Shown: one piece after another, positions 57,712 through 64,000 of the stretch | How positions within the stretch are numbered: position 1 is the stretch's first letter | Layout: every line of letters begins with the position of its first letter | DNA from: a bacterium | GTDB lineage: Bacteria; Patescibacteriota; Minisyncoccia; Moranbacterales; UBA2206 | DNA length: 64,000 nt | Assembly (NCBI GenBank): GCA_021788105.1 | Contig: JAJYKZ010000002.1 | Location: 3,320 to 67,319 of the forward strand | Reading direction: 5' to 3' | The notes under the pieces: model-generated | Told to the model about the DNA's origin: nothing | Database searches by the model: none | Seen by the model: the letters and a program-made list of their open reading frames with translations, nothing else | Position numbers and translations under genes: made by a program

Positions 57712-59508
57712 CTATTGTTTTAACATATAAATTTTACCATAAACGGCCAGATTTTCCATGGCCGGAAGTTTTACCGGAGAAGCGAAAGCCTGTTGAGGTT
57801 CGGTCGGCGTGGCTTCCAAGGCAGTCGTGGCGATTTGATAATTTTTGACCGGAACAAGGCGCGCCAAGAGACCGCTCTGGCGATATGTCTCCAAATCATC
57901 GTTCGGAATGATGAAATAGATGTTGGAAAATTTTGAGCGGTCGATTTTGGCCAGGTCGTTCGGATTGAAAAAATACACCGCCTGCTTGCCGAAAAGAAAA
58001 TTCATCGGCCCAGTCATCATGGACCAGCCGTCGCCGGTCGCTTTGGAATCGACCAGGACAAGATCGGTGCTGCTGAAATTGCTGCTGATAGTTTTGATTT
58101 GGGGAAGCAAATTTTGATTCGAAGAAAAAGCAAGATACGGGACAAACACCAAAAGATTGGCCAGCAAAAGAAGAGAGGAAAAAATATAAAAATAACCGCG
58201 CTTCTTGAAAAACAAATCCAGAAACCAAACGGTGTAAAGAATGCTCACCGGCACTACGGCGAACAAAAAGCGGCGGAGCATCCAAGGATGATCGGAGGAA
58301 ATTCCCGGATACACGATGTAGGCAAATGTCGGAAGAACAATGAGAAACGGCACAAGAATTTCGAATTTTTTATGTTTAAAAAGATAGACGAAGCCGACGA
58401 TTCCAAAAACGAGAAAATTCAAAAGTCCGTAGGCGGAAAAAACGCGCAGAATGTAATAAGTCGACGCCAGCATTCCGCCGGAGGATGAAACCACATCATT
58501 TTTATAGGACAGAAAAGGCAGAACCAAATCTTTCAAAAAAACGATATAAAAACGGCTGTCCACGGTAATGTTAAAAATATAGAGCAGAATCATGCCGCCG
58601 ATAACCGCCAGGATTTCTTTTCCGATGACGGCAAAAAGCAGATATTTCCAATCTTTGTACCGGATAAGCAGGATGGCGACAATGATTGCCAGAAAAGCCA
58701 GCGCTTCCGGACGGGCAAAGACCAAAAGTCCGAATGAAAGAAAAGAAGCCAGTAGATAGAAACGTTCTTTTCGCCGCGTAAAAAGAACGAATTCATAAAT
58801 TCCAAACCAGGTAAGCGCCAAAGCCAGATTTTCGCTCAGTGTGAATTTGAAGAACCAGGAAAAAATAAAAGAGGTAATGACCAAAAGAAACGCCATGACC
58901 GCGGACGAGGATCGGAGATAATAGCGCGCGGTCAAATAGAAAGAGAAAAGGAAAATGAAAAAAGTGATGCCGTTGGCGATCGCGAACCCGTTGAGGCTGA
59001 AGATGGAATAAAAGATGGCTAGCCAGGCGCTGTAGCCGATGGGGAATTGAGTGATGAGGTTTCCGTTTTGCATGTAACTAAAACCGGGAAAATTCAAAGC
59101 TTTGCCCGGACCGTAAATATGAAAAAAGGCGCGCGAAGCATCAAAAGAAAATTCCAAGCGGTGATTCTGGGACAGTTGAATGGCAGTTTCGCTGAGCGAA
59201 CCCTGATCGCGGCCGGAAAAAACAGTCGGCGTTGTATAAAAAGCAAAAACAAAAATGGCAACCAGCGTTAAAAGAAAAATTAGAAAAAAACGGTGGTTGA
59301 TTTCAATTCGGTTTTTATTGAAAGCTATTAAATATAAAAGCATAACCGCGCCTGATAAAATATAGACGGTCAAAATAACATCATAAAAAATTCCGGTCAG
59401 CGCCAGAAACAGCCCCAGCCAGCCCAGACCGATAAAAAACAGAACGAAAAGAGTAAACAGTTGGTATTTGTTTAAGTTTACGGTAAATCGGGAAATGAAA
59501 TTCTTCAT
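57712..59508 (-). CDS. Multi-TM GT-C-like glycosyltransferase
   Basis: GRDQG first loop, QFP.GY, SE, RPE, HPW..RR; >10 TMs. Confidence 0.7.
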   Translation of the reverse strand: MKNFISRFTVNLNKYQLFTLFVLFFIGLGWLGLFLALTGIFYDVILTVYILSGAVMLLYLIAFNKNRIEINHRFFLIFLLTLVAIFVFAFYTTPTVFSGRDQGSLSETAIQLSQNHRLEFSFDASRAFFHIYGPGKALNFPGFSYMQNGNLITQFPIGYSAWLAIFYSIFSLNGFAIANGITFFIFLFSFYLTARYYLRSSSAVMAFLLVITSFIFSWFFKFTLSENLALALTWFGIYEFVLFTRRKERFYLLASFLSFGLLVFARPEALAFLAIIVAILLIRYKDWKYLLFAVIGKEILAVIGGMILLYIFNITVDSRFYIVFLKDLVLPFLSYKNDVVSSSGGMLASTYYILRVFSAYGLLNFLVFGIVGFVYLFKHKKFEILVPFLIVLPTFAYIVYPGISSDHPWMLRRFLFAVVPVSILYTVWFLDLFFKKRGYFYIFSSLLLLANLLVFVPYLAFSSNQNLLPQIKTISSNFSSTDLVLVDSKATGDGWSMMTGPMNFLFGKQAVYFFNPNDLAKIDRSKFSNIYFIIPNDDLETYRQSGLLARLVPVKNYQIATTALEATPTEPQQAFASPVKLPAMENLAVYGKIYMLKQ

Positions 59509-59574
59509 TGCCTAATTATACCGCCGAAAAAACCTTTTGCAAAGGTTATGTTTATAGGGTAGAATGGCATTGAT

Positions 59575-60789
59575 ATGGCAAAGATTTTAGTCGTGGCTCC
59601 GACTCCGTTTTTTTCCGACCGGGGAGCGCATATCCGGATTTTGGAAGAATCGCTGGCATTGGAAAAGTTGGGCCATCAAGTGACAATTGCAACGTATCAT
59701 ATTGGCAAGGATATTTCCGATAAAATTGATACGCAAATCGATGTGAGGCGTGTCAGGCGCTTGCTTTTTTGGTATAAAAAACTGGAAGCCGGTCCGGACT
59801 GGCAAAAAGTGCTTCTCGACATAATGCTTATCCGCAAAGTTTTCAATCTGGCGCGCACGCAAAAACCGGACATCATTCATAGCCATCTCCACGAAGGGGT
59901 CCTGATTGGCTGGATCGTTCAGAAAGTTTTGTTTTGGAGAAAAATAAAGCTGGTTTCCGATTTTCAAGGCAGCCTGACCAAGGAAATGGTGTCGCACGGA
60001 TATTTGCACGGCGAATTGAAAAGAATATTTTCCCGGATCGAAAGAATTATCGATCGGATGGGTGATTTTGCCGTTGCCAGCTCTTGGGAAGGAACAGAGG
60101 CAATCGAAAAAATTCGAACAGACGGGAAGATTGAAACGGCTTCAGACGGAATCAATTCCGACAGTTTTAATATTCGAAAAACAAAAGAAGAAATCAGAAA
60201 AGAATTGGAGTTGCCATCGGACAAATTTATCATCGGCTATACCGGCGGCCTGGTCGCCAACAAAGGCATCAGCTACCTCTTCAATGCGATTATTTCGATT
60301 TTGGAAAAACGCAAGGATGTGTATTTTTTGCTGGGCGGATTTCCGGCCAATGAAGCGGAAAAATTTATTGCGGAAAATAATTTGCAGGATTTTGCGCGAT
60401 TAGCAAGTCCGCTGGACTATTTCAAGCTTCCGGAATTTTTGTCTGCTTGCGATTTGGCGATTGATCCCAAAGACAGCGGCGTCGCGCAGGCCAGCGGCAA
60501 GATGTTAAACTATATGGCAGCCGGACTGCCGGTAGTTTGCTTCGATAAATCCAATAACCGTCGTTTTCTTGACGGCGCCGGATATTACGCTTCGGAAATT
60601 TCCGGAAAAAGCTTGGCGCTGGCAATTGAAGAAGCATTGAACGATCCGGGGCTTCGGGAAAAAGGAAAAATCAACAAAGAACGGGCGAAAGAATTCAGCT
60701 GGGAGAAGTCCGGAGAGAAGATTGATAAAATCTATAAAAATTTAATTTCTGAAAATAATACAAGCCGGGCGGCGGAAGAAATTTTTTAA
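59575..60789 (+). CDS. GT4 glycosyltransferase
   Basis: PFFSDRG..IRI, NKG, KMLNYMAAGLPVV. Confidence 0.9.
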   Translation: MAKILVVAPTPFFSDRGAHIRILEESLALEKLGHQVTIATYHIGKDISDKIDTQIDVRRVRRLLFWYKKLEAGPDWQKVLLDIMLIRKVFNLARTQKPDIIHSHLHEGVLIGWIVQKVLFWRKIKLVSDFQGSLTKEMVSHGYLHGELKRIFSRIERIIDRMGDFAVASSWEGTEAIEKIRTDGKIETASDGINSDSFNIRKTKEEIRKELELPSDKFIIGYTGGLVANKGISYLFNAIISILEKRKDVYFLLGGFPANEAEKFIAENNLQDFARLASPLDYFKLPEFLSACDLAIDPKDSGVAQASGKMLNYMAAGLPVVCFDKSNNRRFLDGAGYYASEISGKSLALAIEEALNDPGLREKGKINKERAKEFSWEKSGEKIDKIYKNLISENNTSRAAEEIF

Positions 60790-60796
60790 TTTTAGT

Positions 60797-62029
60797 ATGA
60801 AACTATTTTTGATAAAATTAGGCAAAGCTTTTACGACTATCAAACGCGACGGGATTATTGTCGGCGGAAAGAGAATTTTTAATTATCTGTTTTTGTTTAT
60901 AAAAACAATTCTTGCCGCCAAGCCGGGCGACATCTTGATTATTACCGGCGGCGTCGGCGACAGCGCGCATTACCGCACCCACAACCAGGCGGAAGAATTC
61001 AATTTGCACGGACTGAAAACTTCCGTGATGCTGCAAGACAATCCTTTGTTGCCGCGCTACGCGGACAAATACAAAATTTTCATTTTTCACCGCACGATCG
61101 TCACGCCGACGATCGCCAAGCTGATTGCAAATATCAAAAAACAGAACAAGGAAATTATTTTTGAAACGGACGATCTGGTTTTTGACGCCAAGCACATCCA
61201 AAGCACCGACCTCTACAAGAACAAAATGACCTATTTCGAAAAGAAGCAGTATGAAAAAGGAGTGGGAGAAGAGATTTTGAAAGATCCGTACGTCAAAGTT
61301 TGTTCCACGACGACGGCATATCTGGCGAAGATTTTAGAAGGCTACGGAAAAAAAGTTTTTATCAACAAAAACAAAATTGACAATCACGAGCTGGAAATCG
61401 CGGAAAATATTTTAAAAACTGACGAAAAAAAATTTCCTCAGGAGCTAAGCTCCTGGAATTCCAGGAGCTTAGCTCCTGAGGAAAAAAATATTTATCTGGG
61501 ATATTTTTCCGGAACGGCCAGCCACAATCGGGATTTCGCGACGATCACGGACGCGCTGGTGGAAATTATGAAAAAACATCCGCAGGTGAAATTGCTGTTA
61601 GCCGGACCCTTGGATACCGATAACATATTGAACAAATTTAAAGACAGAATTATCCGTCTGCCGTTTGTTTCGCGCGATAAATATTTTGGGAATGCCTATA
61701 AGGCTGATATTGTCTTGGCACCATTGGAACTTGGAGTGCCGTATTGTGAAGCAAAATCTGAGTTGAAATTTTTTGAAGCGGGCATTTTGAAAATTCCGAC
61801 CGTGGCGGTTGCCAACCAAACTTTCAAAGAAGCGATTGAGGATGGAGTGGACGGATTTTTGGCCAGCACGACGAACGATTGGATTTTCAAATTGGAAAAA
61901 TTAATCGCGGACGAAAAATTGCGCCAAGAGATGGGCGGGAGAGCCCGCGCGAAAGTAATGGCGGAATATACCAATCGCAACAGTCATAATGAAGAATATT
62001 ATAATTATTTAAAATCAAAACTAGTATGA
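60797..62029 (+). CDS. GT-B glycosyltransferase
   Basis: YR, ETDDLVF, GYFSGT.SH, APLE..P..AKSELKFFEAG. Confidence 0.88.
   Translation: MKLFLIKLGKAFTTIKRDGIIVGGKRIFNYLFLFIKTILAAKPGDILIITGGVGDSAHYRTHNQAEEFNLHGLKTSVMLQDNPLLPRYADKYKIFIFHRTIVTPTIAKLIANIKKQNKEIIFETDDLVFDAKHIQSTDLYKNKMTYFEKKQYEKGVGEEILKDPYVKVCSTTTAYLAKILEGYGKKVFINKNKIDNHELEIAENILKTDEKKFPQELSSWNSRSLAPEEKNIYLGYFSGTASHNRDFATITDALVEIMKKHPQVKLLLAGPLDTDNILNKFKDRIIRLPFVSRDKYFGNAYKADIVLAPLELGVPYCEAKSELKFFEAGILKIPTVAVANQTFKEAIEDGVDGFLASTTNDWIFKLEKLIADEKLRQEMGGRARAKVMAEYTNRNSHNEEYYNYLKSKLV
61433..61484. repeat. Perfect 52-bp palindrome inside a CDS, made of two inverted GGAGCTAAGCTCC units
   Basis: TTTCCTCAGGAGCTAAGCTCCTGGAA|TTCCAGGAGCTTAGCTCCTGAGGAAA. 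Confidence 0.92.
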
Positions 62030-62979
62030 AGATTCTAATCACCGGAGGCGCCGGTTTCATTGGCGCGCACACGGCGCAAAAATTGATCGAGAGGGGAGAC
62101 CGGGTTGTTCTTGTCGACAACTTTAATGATTATTATGATCCGCAGCTCAAGCGGGACCGCGTCAAAACTTTGCTGAAGGGAAAAAAATTCAAACTGTACG
62201 AAGCGGACATCCGGAATTATGCTGAGATGGAGAAAATTTTCAAAAAGGAAAAACCGGACAAAATTTTGCATCTGGCGGCAATGGCCGGCGTGCGCTATTC
62301 TTTGGAGAAACCTTTGCTTTACGCAGAAGTGAATGTGATGGGAACGCTCAATCTTTTGGAACTTTCCAGAATCTGCAAGGTTAAAAATTTTGTTTACGCT
62401 TCCTCGTCTTCGGTTTACGGCGTGAATAAAAAAGTGCCGTTTGCCGAAACGGATTTTGTCGACAATCCGATTTCGCCCTACGCGGCCAGCAAAAAATCGA
62501 CTGAGCTTCTGGCGCATGTTTATAGCCATGTCTATGGCCTCAAAACGACCGGTCTGCGTTTCTTCACGGTTTACGGTCCGTGGGGCCGGCCGGATATGGC
62601 GTACTTCAAATTTTCCAAAGCGATGCTGGCCGGAAAACCGATCGACGTCTACAACCACGGCAAGATGCTGCGCGATTTTACCTACATCGACGACATCGTG
62701 GCGGGAACGATCAAGGTTGTTGATGCTGATTTGAAATACGCGGTGATGAATATCGGGGCGGACAAGCCGGAAAAGCTTGGAAAGTTCATTGCGGCACTGG
62801 AAAAAAGTTTGGGCGTCAAGGCGGAAAAGAATTATATGCCGATGCAGCCGGGCGATGTGCCGCGAACGATGGCCGATATCAGCAAATTGCGCAAGCTCGG
62901 ATGGAAACCGAAAGTGCGGATCGAAGAAGGCTTGCAAAATTTCGCGGATTGGTACCGGGAATATTACAAAGTCGAATAG
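62026..62979 (+). CDS. NAD-dependent epimerase (UDP-glucuronate 4-epimerase-like)
   Basis: GGAGFIG, AGVRYS, YAASK, RFFTVYGPWGRPDMA. Confidence 0.93.
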   Translation: MKILITGGAGFIGAHTAQKLIERGDRVVLVDNFNDYYDPQLKRDRVKTLLKGKKFKLYEADIRNYAEMEKIFKKEKPDKILHLAAMAGVRYSLEKPLLYAEVNVMGTLNLLELSRICKVKNFVYASSSSVYGVNKKVPFAETDFVDNPISPYAASKKSTELLAHVYSHVYGLKTTGLRFFTVYGPWGRPDMAYFKFSKAMLAGKPIDVYNHGKMLRDFTYIDDIVAGTIKVVDADLKYAVMNIGADKPEKLGKFIAALEKSLGVKAEKNYMPMQPGDVPRTMADISKLRKLGWKPKVRIEEGLQNFADWYREYYKVE

Positions 62980-63022
62980 AATGGTGGAAAGTTTAACGAA
63001 AATATAGTACAATAATTTTTGT

Positions 63023-63802
63023 ATGGCAAAGAAACATGAAAATTACAAAGAGCTGGTCTGGACTTTGGCCAAAACTGATTTTAAGCTTCGGTATCACGGG
63101 AGCGTTCTGGGTTACATCTGGGCGATTCTGAAACCGCTTCTGCTTTTTGCTATTTTGAATTTCGTGTTTTCTTCCATTTTCAATCCGAAAGGCTCGGGAG
63201 CGCATTATTATTCCATTCAGCTGTTGGTTTCCATTATGCTCTGGACTTTTTTCGCGGAAGGATCTTCGGCCGGCATGGGCTCGCTTCTTTCAAAGGCGCA
63301 GCTGGTTACCAAAATCTATGTTCCGCGCTGGACAATCATCGTCGCTTCAACCATCAACGCAACTCTGGTCTTTTTGATGAACCTCATCGTAATAGTTGTC
63401 TTTTTTGCGATATATCATTTTATGCCCAGCATTGGATCGATTCTTTTTTTCGCACTTTATATTTTTCTCACCTATGTGCTTATTGTTTCTTTTTCGCTTT
63501 TTACCGCGCCGTGGTATGTGAAGCTGCGCGATCTTTCGATGATTTGGGAAGTCGCGCTATCCGCTTTGTTTTACGCGGCGCCGATCGTTTATCCGCTCCA
63601 AATTTTGCCCGCCCGCATCCAAAAAGTCGTGCTCATTAATCCGATGGCTTTTATGATCAATTTTAATAAAGAAGGATTGATTAGTGATCATTTCGCAAAC
63701 GGATATCAGAACATCGGCCTCGTCCTCGCCATTGCCGCTGTGTTTTTCATCAGCATTCTTTCATACAGAAAATTTTCCAAGAGAATAGCGGAAGATATTT
63801 AA
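63023..63802 (+). CDS. wzm: ABC-2 polysaccharide export permease
   Basis: DFKLRY.GSVLGYIW..LKP, LRD, PIVYP, NP. Confidence 0.92.
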   Translation: MAKKHENYKELVWTLAKTDFKLRYHGSVLGYIWAILKPLLLFAILNFVFSSIFNPKGSGAHYYSIQLLVSIMLWTFFAEGSSAGMGSLLSKAQLVTKIYVPRWTIIVASTINATLVFLMNLIVIVVFFAIYHFMPSIGSILFFALYIFLTYVLIVSFSLFTAPWYVKLRDLSMIWEVALSALFYAAPIVYPLQILPARIQKVVLINPMAFMINFNKEGLISDHFANGYQNIGLVLAIAAVFFISILSYRKFSKRIAEDI

Positions 63803-63807
63803 AAGAT

Positions 63808-63999
63808 TTAATTTCCTTCAATTATGTCCTGCCCTATCCTGTTTTGGCAGGTTTGTTTGACGTTGATGTCGTTGATCTGGTTGCAGATCGAAGAAGCCTT
63901 TTTGGTGACGGCCAAGTCTTTCAAGCAATAGTCTTTTTCAATGCCGCCCTGGCCGTCGCAGTTTGAAACATTTTTCACCGGAATGATGCCGCAAACTTG
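63808..63999 (-). CDS. C-terminus of Cys-rich hypothetical protein, continues beyond window
   Basis: Manual translation QVCGIIPVKNVSNCDGQGGIEKDYCLKDLAVTKKASSICNQINDINVKQTCQNRIGQDIIEGN*. Confidence 0.75.
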   Translation of the reverse strand, partial: QVCGIIPVKNVSNCDGQGGIEKDYCLKDLAVTKKASSICNQINDINVKQTCQNRIGQDIIEGN

Positions 64000-64000
64000 C

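Noticed and set aside
1..64000. Long antisense or overlapping ORFs in the track (e.g. 19955-20725, 50517-51314, 52227-53057, 62035-63012)
   Set aside because: Shadows of well-supported genes on the other strand or frame, with no recognisable motifs
1..64000. Alternative genetic code (TGA recoded, as in some CPR lineages)
   Set aside because: Conserved genes are full length under the standard code and several end in TGA at expected positions

Overview
Gene-dense, mostly + strand bacterial window in standard genetic code, with AT-rich leaders that mostly lack Shine-Dalgarno sites. Gene content (DUF4012-like protein, many GT4s, inactive HtrA, YerC-like repressor, repeat surface proteins) suggests a Patescibacteria/CPR (Parcubacteria-like) genome; this is inference. 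Order: (1) AT-rich nucleotide/metabolite house-cleaning array with several gene remnants (0.8-5.9 kb); (2) FKBP, SNase, a ferric-reductase/small protein/ApbE flavinylation trio and two glycoside hydrolases; (3) RNase P RNA; (4) a surface-polysaccharide locus interrupted by a ~9.7 kb defence-like island (Clp-fold protease, PIN nuclease with insertion, unknown protein, TM protein, type III Mod, Schlafen/AlbA protein, Res); (5) murJ, lepA, PrsA-like foldase, ferredoxin, an HtrA pair and clpB; (6) a two-gene secreted-protein operon followed by a ~290-nt hairpin array with four cGATAg-capped stems; (7) rml/glyA/galU, a TrpR-like gene with three 30-bp palindromes bracketing a cargo gene, more glycosyltransferases (two with an in-frame palindromic element), an epimerase and wzm. 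Best candidates for undescribed systems are the cGATAg hairpin array operon, the protease-PIN module and the YerC palindrome-cassette arrangement. All family calls are from motif recognition by eye; no searches were run.
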